The notes under the pieces were generated by a model that was given only the letters and a program-made list of their open reading frames with translations, was not told the DNA's origin and made no database searches. This document shows, piece after piece, positions 30,313 to 39,459 of a stretch of DNA of 64,000 bases; position 1 is the first letter of the stretch, and the number at the start of each line of letters is the position of its first letter. Origin of the DNA: Thecamonas trahens ATCC 50062 (Eukaryota > Protista > Apusomonadida); assembly GCF_000142905.1 (NCBI RefSeq), contig NW_013657679.1:436657-500656 (forward strand). Direction: 5' to 3'. Both the position numbers and the translations under genes were made by a program.

Positions 30313-31002
30313 CAGGGCAGTGCCAAGGGAGATGGGCAGGCGTCGAGCAAGAGCGCGAGCCAGGCTGCCGGGGCTGGTGGGAAGTCAGGCGGCTTTGCTG
30401 CCGGCTTTGCGGCCGGGGCCGGGTCGGGTGCTGCAGCAGCCGACGGCGCACGGTACGGAGGGAACGGTGGCAGTGCCCGGGCCGAGCCGGGGCCGGACTT
30501 TGGCGGACACGCGTCAGTGCCGCGGGCACGGTACATGCAGGCTTCGCTGCCGTACGAGAGCACCGAGGTCCTGCTCCGCCAGCTAAGCGACGTCAAGGAG
30601 GAGCACGAGCAGCTGCGGAAGCAGCTGGCGGACGCCGCCGAGGCAGCCGCTGCCGGCAAGGTACAGTCGGCGGACGCAGCTCGCAAGCGTGCCGAGGCCG
30701 AAGCTAAACGCTTGCGGACCCGCCACGAGTCGGAACGGGCCCGCCAGGACGCCGAGCTGCGCAAGGTCTCGGCATCGTCGGCCGCCGCCGCGTCGGCCGA
30801 GGTCGACGCCATGGCCGCGCTCGAGGCCCAGCTGCAGCGCTGGCAGGGTGTCGACTCACTTGATGCCCGCGACTTTAAGAACTCGCGTTGTCCCGACGCC
30901 CGCAAGGCGCTTGTGGACTGCTACCGTGCCGCAGGCCACGACGTCCTCGCCTGTGCCGCCGAAGTCGAGGCCTTCCGCAAGTGCGCCGCCACTCACGCAT
31001 AA
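30073..31002 (+). CDS. MICOS subunit MIC19/CHCHD3-like protein
   Basis: N-myristoylation motif MGARES, central coiled coil, C-terminal twin CX9C (CPDARKALVDC...CAAEVEAFRKC). Confidence 0.7.
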
Positions 31003-31119
31003 AACAGATCGCTCTCTCGCGCACAGTCGCCGGGCCGGCGTCGTCCGCTCCTAGTCGCCGGTCGCCGATCGGTCCGGCAGCGTCCGCTCACCGTCCCCAC
31101 CTCACTCGCCCGCTCCCCG

Positions 31120-32538
31120 ATGACGGCTAAGAGAAGCGCTCCTGGGACATGGCAGCGAGCCGTGCTGGTGGCAGTGGCACTGCTGGTGGTAGTGCTCATG
31201 GCGACGGCCGAGGCCGGTGCGGCACGGCGGTCGCTGGCGCCGTTTGTGGCGCCGTTCTTTGTGGCTCGGTCGCCGCTGGCGCCGTCGCCGCCTGCTCCGC
31301 TGGGCGAGTGGGCAGAGACGGCGGTAGCGGAGCAGGTGCCTTCGGTGCTGCGGGCGCCGCCCGAGGTGGCCGCTTGGGGCGCGACAGCAAAGTGGACGCC
31401 CGAGTATCTGGACGAGGCCCTGGGCCAGAGCCCGCTGCCGGCCAAGCTTCAAAGCTATGGGTCAGCGAGTGCGGCGTTCTTCCCGCGCGGCTGCTGCCCG
31501 CTCGGCCCGATGACGGCCAAGGCGGTGATGGACGGGACCAGTGGCTACGGCTATGCCTCGGTGCCGGGCGAGTGGTTCCTGGCCAAGGACGCGCGTTTGG
31601 CGGCAGACATCGGGTCGCTGGCGCCGTTTGTGGCGCCGCTCGGCGCGCATGTCGATGACATCGTCCACCAGCTCTGGCTCTCGTCGCGCGGCGTGGTCAC
31701 CCCGCTCCACGATGACTACCCGGCCAACTTTTTCGTCCAGCTCTACGGCTCCAAGGAGCTTGTACTCTTCCCGCCCGAGGCCTACCGTGATCTGGGTCTC
31801 TTTCCGCGCTCCTCCTTTTACCACCGCCAGCTGGCGGTCGACCTGCGGCTCGATCCGGGCCGCGGCTCGCCATGCTGGCCCGGTCCGCTCCCGTGCACCC
31901 TCCCGCACTCGCTCTTTGCAACCAACAAGACGGCATGGAAAGAGCGCATGGCCGCGCTTCAGGGCGCAGGGCTTCGGGTTGTTCTCAACGAGGGCGACGT
32001 GCTCTACCTCCCGCCACTCTGGTTCCACACTGTGCGAACGCACGACGCATCGATCTCGACCAACTTTTGGGTCCACCATCCGGCGCTGCTGGAGTTGGAC
32101 AGGTTGTGGGAAGTGAAGGCCCCAAGCTCGCCGAGCGCACTGCGCGCCGTTGTTGCCGGCCTTGCTCACCGCTTTGGTCCAGACTTTGTCCTCTCTGTTC
32201 GCGATCGCTGGCTCGCCGGCGAGGCCATGACCGCGCTCCACGACTCGATCCACCCCGAAGACCCCGACTGGAAGGGCTATCTCGAGGAGGATCGGTCGAC
32301 ACCGCTGGCCGCGCGGGTGATGGCTGATCCGCTCACCTGCCCTGCGGGCGATAGTGAGTACGCGGCGGCTGGCGGCGACGGCGCTCCTGCTGCGCTTGTC
32401 GCTGTTCTCGACATTGTGGCTGCCGCCGAGAACGCCGGCGGCAGTGCCGGACAGATCGAGATTGTTGTCGGCCACTGGCTCGAGGCAGCTGTCGAGCATG
32501 TCGTGCAGGGTGCATGGGCGTGTGTCCTGGAGCCGTAG
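31120..32538 (+). CDS. JmjC (cupin-like) 2-oxoglutarate/Fe(II) oxygenase with N-terminal signal/anchor
   Basis: KWTPEYL, TPLHDD, NFFVQLYGSK, LFPP, GDVLYLPPLWFHTV; hydrophobic N-terminus. Confidence 0.85.
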   Translation: MTAKRSAPGTWQRAVLVAVALLVVVLMATAEAGAARRSLAPFVAPFFVARSPLAPSPPAPLGEWAETAVAEQVPSVLRAPPEVAAWGATAKWTPEYLDEALGQSPLPAKLQSYGSASAAFFPRGCCPLGPMTAKAVMDGTSGYGYASVPGEWFLAKDARLAADIGSLAPFVAPLGAHVDDIVHQLWLSSRGVVTPLHDDYPANFFVQLYGSKELVLFPPEAYRDLGLFPRSSFYHRQLAVDLRLDPGRGSPCWPGPLPCTLPHSLFATNKTAWKERMAALQGAGLRVVLNEGDVLYLPPLWFHTVRTHDASISTNFWVHHPALLELDRLWEVKAPSSPSALRAVVAGLAHRFGPDFVLSVRDRWLAGEAMTALHDSIHPEDPDWKGYLEEDRSTPLAARVMADPLTCPAGDSEYAAAGGDGAPAALVAVLDIVAAAENAGGSAGQIEIVVGHWLEAAVEHVVQGAWACVLEP

Positions 32539-32560
32539 CTACTTGCGAGTGTTACTTGGC

Positions 32561-34693
32561 TCAGCTCTGTTGCCAGCCCGTCGACGACTCGGGGCGCCGC
32601 ACAATCTCGCGGTTGTCCAGCGAGAAGCGGGCAAGCATGGAGCTGTCTGTGGTGGCGAGTACGTCCGCAAGTGTCGATGGCGCGTTGATGGCCTCTTCGC
32701 CAGGCTTGCAGAGCACAATGCAGTCGATAGCGTGGATCTTGTGAAAGTTGACGGCGAGGCGCGGGTTGTCGGGCTCGAGACGGGCGGCCATTTCAAAGTC
32801 TGCGGCGGCAGCATCCATGAGATCCATAGCCTTGAGGGCAAAAGCGCGGCGAAAGTATGCGTGGGCATTGCCAGGCTGGGCCTCGATGACGGCGGTAAAG
32901 TCTGCGACGGCGTCCTCCTCGCAGCCCATGAGCTGGAGTGCCTTTGCGCGCTCGTGGAGATACTCGATGCGGTCCGAGCGCAGCGAGAGAGCCAGCGAAA
33001 AGTGGCGGACGCCCTCGGCGTGCATGCCGCCGTGACAGAAGCAGAGCCCGATGTGGTAGTGACAGTCGGGAGCGACAGCGTCGTCGATGCCGTGGTTGAG
33101 GGCGTCGACAAAGTCGTTGACGGCTTTCTTGTACTTGGACTGCCCGTAGTACGCGAGACCGCGCACGTAGGTCAGCTTGGGATCGTTGCTGTCAAACGAG
33201 ATGGCGAGCTTGAGGTCAGCCACTGCGCGCTTGTACAGGCCCATCTGGACGTAGCACTGCCCACGGTTGAAGAGAAAAGTTGGTCTGTGCGGATCGAGCT
33301 GGATGGCACGGGTAAAGTAGGCAACGGCCTCGTGCCACTCGCCCACGGCCTTCTTGGTGAGCGCGAGGCAGTTGAAGACAAGTGGGTCGGCGTCGCCGAG
33401 CCGCAGCGCCTCGGAAAAGTCGTGGAGCGCAGCCGGGTAGCGGCCGAGGTGGAGGAGCGAGTTGCCGCGATTGTAGTACGCCGACATGTACTCGGGCTCG
33501 AGCTCGAGGGCGGTGTCAAAGTTCTCAAGAGCCTGCTCGTGCGAGCCCTCGTCTTGCAGCACCATGCCGCGGCGCTCGTAGGCACGCGGATCCTCAGGCA
33601 CCAGCCGGATGACCTTGGTGAAGCAGTCGTAGGCCGCGGCGTGTTGGAGGGTGGCGTGGTACATGAGGCCGATGTGGTAGAGCGACGGGACGTAGGCCGG
33701 CTCCTGCCCCAGCGCGAGCTCAAACTGGATGATGGCGGCCTCGTAGTCCTCCTGGATCTGAAACGCCCAGCCCTTGGAGTGGTAGAAGAGTGCCACCGAG
33801 GGGTTGATGGAGATGGCCTCGTCAAACATTTCGTGGGCCGACTCAAAGCGCTTGGTAGCGAGGAGGCACTTGCCGAGGTTGAGGTAAAAGTACGGGTCTG
33901 AGCCCTCGAGCGCAATGGCCTCGCGGAACTCGGAGATGGCTGCCGAGTGCTGGCCCAGCCGGTAGAGCGCAAGTCCCTTGTTGTTGTGGTAGAACGCCTT
34001 TTGCGCATCGCGAGAGAGCTCGCCCGGCACAGCCAGTCCCGAAAACTTGATGGCGGCGGTAAAGCAGTTGATCGCCTTGGCAAAGTCGCCGCGCTCAAAG
34101 TACGCAAGGCCGAGGTTGTTGTGGATCGCCGGATTGCGCGCGTTGAACGAGACCGCAGTCTCAAAGCACTCGACAGCCTTGGCGAGGTCTTCAGGCGTGG
34201 CGAGCTTGCGGTAGACGAGGCCGCGGCAAAAGTGGACGTTGGCGCCCGAGACTCCAAGCTTGACTGCCATGTTGTAGTCGTTGCGGGCTTTGATAAACTG
34301 CTCCGACGCCGCAAAGCTCTGCCCGCGATGAAAGTAGTACTCGCCAAGCGCAGGGTCCTTGCGATCCTTGGCGATGGCCTTCTTGTGGTGGCGGAAGGCC
34401 TCGGAGAACCGTCCGAGCTTGGCCTCGGTCTGCGCCCGAGCATCGTAGTAGGCGGCGGTCGAGATGAACTTGCCACACTCTTCCAAATGCTGCAGCGCCT
34501 CCTTGTACTGCCCGTTGGCATGCAGCGCCTGCGCGAGGTGCAGCCGGAACTCGGGATCGTTCTGCGAGTCGAGCAGGGCCGTGGTGAAGGCTGAGATTGC
34601 CAGCTCGTAGTTGCCGTCCCGCATGCACTCTTGCCCGCGCTTGAAGTGCTGCTGCACCCGCGGGTGATGCATGGCCCGCCGCCGGCTTGCCAT
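32561..34693 (-). CDS. Multi-TPR protein (~710 aa)
   Basis: Many tandem 34-aa TPR units (e.g. AYYNRGNSLLHLGRYPAALHDFSEAL). Confidence 0.9.
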   Translation of the reverse strand: MASRRRAMHHPRVQQHFKRGQECMRDGNYELAISAFTTALLDSQNDPEFRLHLAQALHANGQYKEALQHLEECGKFISTAAYYDARAQTEAKLGRFSEAFRHHKKAIAKDRKDPALGEYYFHRGQSFAASEQFIKARNDYNMAVKLGVSGANVHFCRGLVYRKLATPEDLAKAVECFETAVSFNARNPAIHNNLGLAYFERGDFAKAINCFTAAIKFSGLAVPGELSRDAQKAFYHNNKGLALYRLGQHSAAISEFREAIALEGSDPYFYLNLGKCLLATKRFESAHEMFDEAISINPSVALFYHSKGWAFQIQEDYEAAIIQFELALGQEPAYVPSLYHIGLMYHATLQHAAAYDCFTKVIRLVPEDPRAYERRGMVLQDEGSHEQALENFDTALELEPEYMSAYYNRGNSLLHLGRYPAALHDFSEALRLGDADPLVFNCLALTKKAVGEWHEAVAYFTRAIQLDPHRPTFLFNRGQCYVQMGLYKRAVADLKLAISFDSNDPKLTYVRGLAYYGQSKYKKAVNDFVDALNHGIDDAVAPDCHYHIGLCFCHGGMHAEGVRHFSLALSLRSDRIEYLHERAKALQLMGCEEDAVADFTAVIEAQPGNAHAYFRRAFALKAMDLMDAAAADFEMAARLEPDNPRLAVNFHKIHAIDCIVLCKPGEEAINAPSTLADVLATTDSSMLARFSLDNREIVRRPESSTGWQQS

Positions 34694-34874
34694 AATGCTC
34701 TGGACTGTGGTGCGGTGTGCGGTGCGGTGCCGGTGCCGGTGAGGTGAGGTGGTTGCCCTTGGCTTGGGGGCGTGCGGTCGGCAGCCGTCGACCGTTGCGG
34801 CTGTCGCCGCCACCCACGCGACGAGCTGCTGCCCTTCTTCCCCTCCACACCCACGCTGCCACACCCGACTCGGG

Positions 34875-36395
34875 ATGGCGTCGCCCCACAGGGTTCTTCC
34901 GCCCATTGCCAGTCCCACACCTGCTTCGCGCGCTTCGCCCTCACCTGGCGGCCGCAAGGCCAAGGCTCAGGGCGCGGGCGAGGTCGAGGCTGAGGTCGGC
35001 CCGAGGCCGAGCGGCGGCGCCGGGTGCGTGGACCTTCCGCGGTTCCCGCCCCCGCCGGCAAGCGAGGAAGCTGCAGAGGTGGCGAGTGCATGGCGGCGGG
35101 CGTACCAGTGGGCGTGTGGTGCGGCGCGCAAGGTGGCCGAGCAAGACGCGGCGCTGCGAGTTGTGCGGACCGAGGCCCGGAAGGCGCTGACCGACGGCGA
35201 GCAGCTGCGGGCCGAGATCATCCGGCTGCGGGCGGACGTCAAGGCGGCGCGGAACAATGTGGCAGGCAGCAGCGGCGGTGGATGCTCAGGCGGGGTGCCG
35301 AGCCGAAACTCGCCCATGTCGGCCCGGGCCAACGCCGAGATGGCCAAGCTGCGGAGCGAGAACAAGGTGCTGCGAAACGAGCTCGCCGAGGCGCACGAAA
35401 AGGCGCGCGCCATGGAGGCGCGGATGATCGCCTTTGAGCAGTCGGCACAGCGGACCCGAAAAGAGGCGACGGCGGTGGTGGACGCCAATGTCACTTCGAT
35501 GGAGACCGCCGTCTTCCGCGCAGACTCGGAGACCGCCCGCTGGAAGCGCCGCCACGCCGCCTTGCACAAGAAGTATGAGGCGATGAGAGTCCAGAACGAG
35601 CGCGACAAGCGGAAGCGCGCGGCGCAGGCTGAGCTCTTTGCTAGCGAACTCAAAGTCCAGCGCAACAAGTATGTAATCCTCCAGACCAAGTACGACGCCG
35701 AAGTGACCAAGAACCAACCGCCGATCTCAAAGGCCATGCTCCTGCTCCACGAAAAGGCGGCCCACTGGCTCGACAAGTACCGCGTGCTCAAACTTACGCA
35801 CGAGGCGCTCGTTGCCGACCACGAGGCGCTTGTCACCGAGCACAAGGCTAACACTGTCGAGCTGCGGCGGGCCCGCGACAAGCTGCAGCTGATAGCGCAG
35901 ACCGCCCCGTCGGATGAGGCTGTCGACGCTGTGATGCCTAGTGCTGTCGGCCGCGACTCACTCGTGCCCGCACACTTGGCCGACACACTCCACGCTATGC
36001 TCACCGATGCCGACGTCGCCGAGCGCATTGTGCGCAACCCGGCTGCCTTTCTGCACGCCTCCATCTTGAGCCTCGAAGAGCACTCGCTCATCGATCCCGG
36101 TGAGGCGCTCGGCCTCTCAGCCGGTGTCCGCGCCCTCGAAGCGCTTCTCAACGCGGCCCGGGCGCCCAAGGTAGACGTTGAGGCCGAGGCTAAGAAGTCC
36201 GCAGAGGAGATCGAGACCGCCTCTATGGTCCGCGAGCTCCAGTCCATGCAGGCAACCATGGCCCGGTTGGAAGCTTCTGCCGAACAGCTCCACACCGAGG
36301 TCCGCCACTGGAAGGCCGAGAACCGCAAGGCCGCTGCCCGCATCGCCAAGCTCGAGGCCCTGCTCCGCGAAGCCCAAGACACGGGCCATGCCTGA
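34875..36395 (+). CDS. Hypothetical coiled-coil protein
   Basis: Long ORF with heptad-rich segments and genome-typical codon usage. Confidence 0.7.
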   Translation: MASPHRVLPPIASPTPASRASPSPGGRKAKAQGAGEVEAEVGPRPSGGAGCVDLPRFPPPPASEEAAEVASAWRRAYQWACGAARKVAEQDAALRVVRTEARKALTDGEQLRAEIIRLRADVKAARNNVAGSSGGGCSGGVPSRNSPMSARANAEMAKLRSENKVLRNELAEAHEKARAMEARMIAFEQSAQRTRKEATAVVDANVTSMETAVFRADSETARWKRRHAALHKKYEAMRVQNERDKRKRAAQAELFASELKVQRNKYVILQTKYDAEVTKNQPPISKAMLLLHEKAAHWLDKYRVLKLTHEALVADHEALVTEHKANTVELRRARDKLQLIAQTAPSDEAVDAVMPSAVGRDSLVPAHLADTLHAMLTDADVAERIVRNPAAFLHASILSLEEHSLIDPGEALGLSAGVRALEALLNAARAPKVDVEAEAKKSAEEIETASMVRELQSMQATMARLEASAEQLHTEVRHWKAENRKAAARIAKLEALLREAQDTGHA

Positions 36396-36563
36396 TCCCT
36401 CTTTAAGCGCAACAGTGAACTGCTGGCAGCCTGCGGTTTTCGCCATGGCCGCGCCGCCAAACCTGGCCGCTGGCACTACAGACTGCTTCCAGACCGGTCC
36501 GCCCGCGCCCGGCGCCCCCGAGACGCAGACAGCGACAGAGCCAGATACCTGGCTCAGTGGCCC

Positions 36564-38057
36564 ATGGCCGCCCCTCATCCGCAGCAATGGCGGGTGGTGC
36601 TTGGTCCAGGTGGCAGCGTCCGGCGAGTTCACGCCTTGCTCTTTGGCCTCGCGCCAGGCACCGCTGCCAGCGCGGTGGCTGCAGCACCTGCCCGCCCTGC
36701 CCCCGCCTCCCGCCCACTCCCGCGCATCCTCTCGCTGACCGATTCGGTGCCTGCCGCGGCGACGCTGTCGCTGTTCCAGCTGCCGGACGGGCCACGCGCT
36801 CCGGTGGCCTACGTCGTCCTGCCCAACGACCGCAGGCTCGCCATCCCGCTGACGCCAACCTCCACTGCCGGCGTTGTCCTTGCGGCAGCCGTCGCCGCCG
36901 TCGCTCCCCGCGTTCTGCCGGACCTCTCCCGATGGGCGCTTTTTGACGATGCTGGTAACAGGCTTGAGGTCTTTGACGAGCTCCTCCCGCGGGTCTGCTC
37001 TCCGGTTGCCTCCCAGTCGGCGCCGCAGCTGACTATCTCCATTCCGCCAGCTGCCGCCCACCCCGACGCGGATGCCGACGACTCGCCTCCTCCGCCAACC
37101 TCGCCCCTCTCACCGGACTCGGCCAAGCGCAGATCGCGACTGGCGCGGCTGTCGCGGTCGACGTCGATGCTGCTGCGCTGGTCGCGGTTGTCGTCGACAA
37201 GCTCGCGCAGGCCGCCACCGCCCACGCCAGCTCCGCCGGCAACGGCTGCTTCCGGCACAACGCACAGCAGCAGTGTCGAGACAGCGCTGCTCAGCGGCGT
37301 CGGTCTCAACAGCAGTATCGAGCTGCACTTGGTCAAGCTCGCAGCCGACGTTGCCGACGCGCAAACTGCCCGGCTGGTCCTCGATTGGCCGGCATCTTAC
37401 AACCCGCCGGTCACCGTCGCGCTCTCCCGTCCGATTGGATCGTACGCAGAGCGGGTGGCGCTAGCGGTCACAGCGTGGAGCCTCCACGGTGTCGATCCGC
37501 TTTCGGCCCACCTAGTGCTCGAGTTTGATGGCTCCAGAGCCGTGGCCACGCTCCGGACGCTGCCGTCGCTTGCGGGAGGCACGCCGTCGCCGGCTTGTGC
37601 CGTTGTCGGCGGCGACGAGCTCATGGGCGCCACGCTACGGCTGGACGTCCCGACGTCCATCGCCGGCCTCACATATGAGCGGGATGCCCGGCGGCTTCGT
37701 CGAGCCATCCGCCGCCGCGCTAGGCTCAAGGCCCTGCTCAAGGTCAAGGCCTCGCTCAAGGCAGCCGTCAAGGAGCTCCGAACCGAGCAGCCGCTGCAGC
37801 CGCCGGCTTCCCTCACCCATCGCCGCCTCGCTGAGCTTGCCCGCGGCGAGGCGGCCAAAGCATGGGGCCGTGAAAGCAAGAACCGCTTGCTCGAGCCAAA
37901 CGCCGTTCTTGCGACCGATCTGGCCAGCGTCTATGAGGCCTACGTGTTGACCTCGGAGCATGTGGCCACCCTCAAGACCGCCGTCCGCTCACTGCCAACG
38001 CCATCACCAGCCCATTCTGTCCTGCCCGACTTGCTTCGCCAGACCAAGCCGGAGTAG
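36564..38057 (+). CDS. Hypothetical protein (497 aa)
   Basis: Fills the gap between two genes; no family recognised. Confidence 0.6.
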   Translation: MAAPHPQQWRVVLGPGGSVRRVHALLFGLAPGTAASAVAAAPARPAPASRPLPRILSLTDSVPAAATLSLFQLPDGPRAPVAYVVLPNDRRLAIPLTPTSTAGVVLAAAVAAVAPRVLPDLSRWALFDDAGNRLEVFDELLPRVCSPVASQSAPQLTISIPPAAAHPDADADDSPPPPTSPLSPDSAKRRSRLARLSRSTSMLLRWSRLSSTSSRRPPPPTPAPPATAASGTTHSSSVETALLSGVGLNSSIELHLVKLAADVADAQTARLVLDWPASYNPPVTVALSRPIGSYAERVALAVTAWSLHGVDPLSAHLVLEFDGSRAVATLRTLPSLAGGTPSPACAVVGGDELMGATLRLDVPTSIAGLTYERDARRLRRAIRRRARLKALLKVKASLKAAVKELRTEQPLQPPASLTHRRLAELARGEAAKAWGRESKNRLLEPNAVLATDLASVYEAYVLTSEHVATLKTAVRSLPTPSPAHSVLPDLLRQTKPE

Positions 38058-38249
38058 ATGCGCTGAGGACAACTCAGCAATCGGTGCGCGCCGCAGTTCA
38101 AGATCTCCAGCTCACCGCTCCTGCGCCGTCCGGCGGCAACCACCCGCCACGCCGGCACCAAAAGGGATCCAACGCCCCTTTGGCCTTAAAGCCAGTCCCC
38201 CAGCCCAGCCCCCACCCCACTCTGCCCTACCCCTACCGCAGCCGGAGCT

Positions 38250-39455
38250 ATGGCCGCACACGTGGAGGCGTCCGCGCCGGGAAAGGTCATTCTCTTTGGC
38301 GAGCACTCGGTGGTGTACGGCAAGCCGGCGGTGGCCGCTGCCGTGGCGCTGCGGACCTCTTCGCAGCTGACCAGCCCTGCGCCCGACGGCACGCCCACCC
38401 TCACTGTCGAGCTGCCGGACATTGGCGTGACGCGGACCTGGCCGCTGGAGCGGCTGCAAGTCTTCCTCGCCTCGGACGATGCGGGCGTGCTGGCTGACGC
38501 CCCGCTCCCGCTGGCCTCCCCGCCGCGCCCGGAGCCGGCGCTCGTCGACGCCCTCACCGCCTCCCTGCTGGAGGACGGCGATCATGCCGCGATTGCCGCC
38601 TTCCTCTACCTGTACATCGGCATTCTCCGCCGCGCCGACGGCACTGTTCCGTCAGGCAAGGTCCGCGCTGCGTCGCAGCTTCCGATCGGCGCCGGCCTCG
38701 GCTCGTCGGCAGCGTTCTCGGCGTGCTTGGCAGCGGCGGCCATGCGGGCGTCACCGCAGGCGGCCGCCGAGCTGCAGTGGGGCGACGAGACGAGCGGCGA
38801 GGCCGCGCCGGCGCCAGCCACCCTCGACGCCATCAATGCATGGGCTTTTTGCGCAGAGGTTGTCATCCACGGCACCCCGTCGGGCATCGACAACACCGTC
38901 TCCACCTTTGGCGCCGCCGTCCGCTACGAGGCCGCCGTCTCGAGCCCGGTTGCGCTGCCGTCGCTCTCGCTGCTTCTTGTGGACACTCGCGTTCCGCGGT
39001 CGACCAAGACGCTTGTCGCCGGTGTGCGCGCCAAGCGCGACACGTTTCCGGACGTCATGGACCCGGTGCTTGACGCCATGGGCGCGCTCGCCGACAGCGC
39101 TGTCGGCGTTCTGAGCGCCCTGGCCCACAGCCCGGCGAGCGACGACGCCGTTAGCGAGCTCGGCGAGCTGGTAGAGACAAACCAGGCGCTGCTTGCAGCC
39201 ATTGGAGTCTCGCACCCGGCGTTGGCTACAGTCATGACAACTGCAGCGCGCCACGGCTTTCCAGCCAAGCTCACTGGCGCCGGCGGCGGCGGCTGCGCCA
39301 TCATCCTCCTCCCTCCCGGCTGCGACGCCGCCGTCGAGGACGCGCTCGTTGCCGAGCTCGAGAGCATGGTCTTTTACAACAACGAGCACGTTAAGGTCAT
39401 CCGGACCTCGATTGGCACGCCCGGCGTGACGTTGCGGCTGTGCCCGACTCTATGA
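38250..39455 (+). CDS. MVK: Mevalonate kinase
   Basis: SAPGKVILFGEHSVVYG, LPIGAGLGSSAA, IHGTPSGIDN, KLTGAGGGGC. Confidence 0.95.
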   Translation: MAAHVEASAPGKVILFGEHSVVYGKPAVAAAVALRTSSQLTSPAPDGTPTLTVELPDIGVTRTWPLERLQVFLASDDAGVLADAPLPLASPPRPEPALVDALTASLLEDGDHAAIAAFLYLYIGILRRADGTVPSGKVRAASQLPIGAGLGSSAAFSACLAAAAMRASPQAAAELQWGDETSGEAAPAPATLDAINAWAFCAEVVIHGTPSGIDNTVSTFGAAVRYEAAVSSPVALPSLSLLLVDTRVPRSTKTLVAGVRAKRDTFPDVMDPVLDAMGALADSAVGVLSALAHSPASDDAVSELGELVETNQALLAAIGVSHPALATVMTTAARHGFPAKLTGAGGGGCAIILLPPGCDAAVEDALVAELESMVFYNNEHVKVIRTSIGTPGVTLRLCPTL

Positions 39456-39459
39456 GGTG

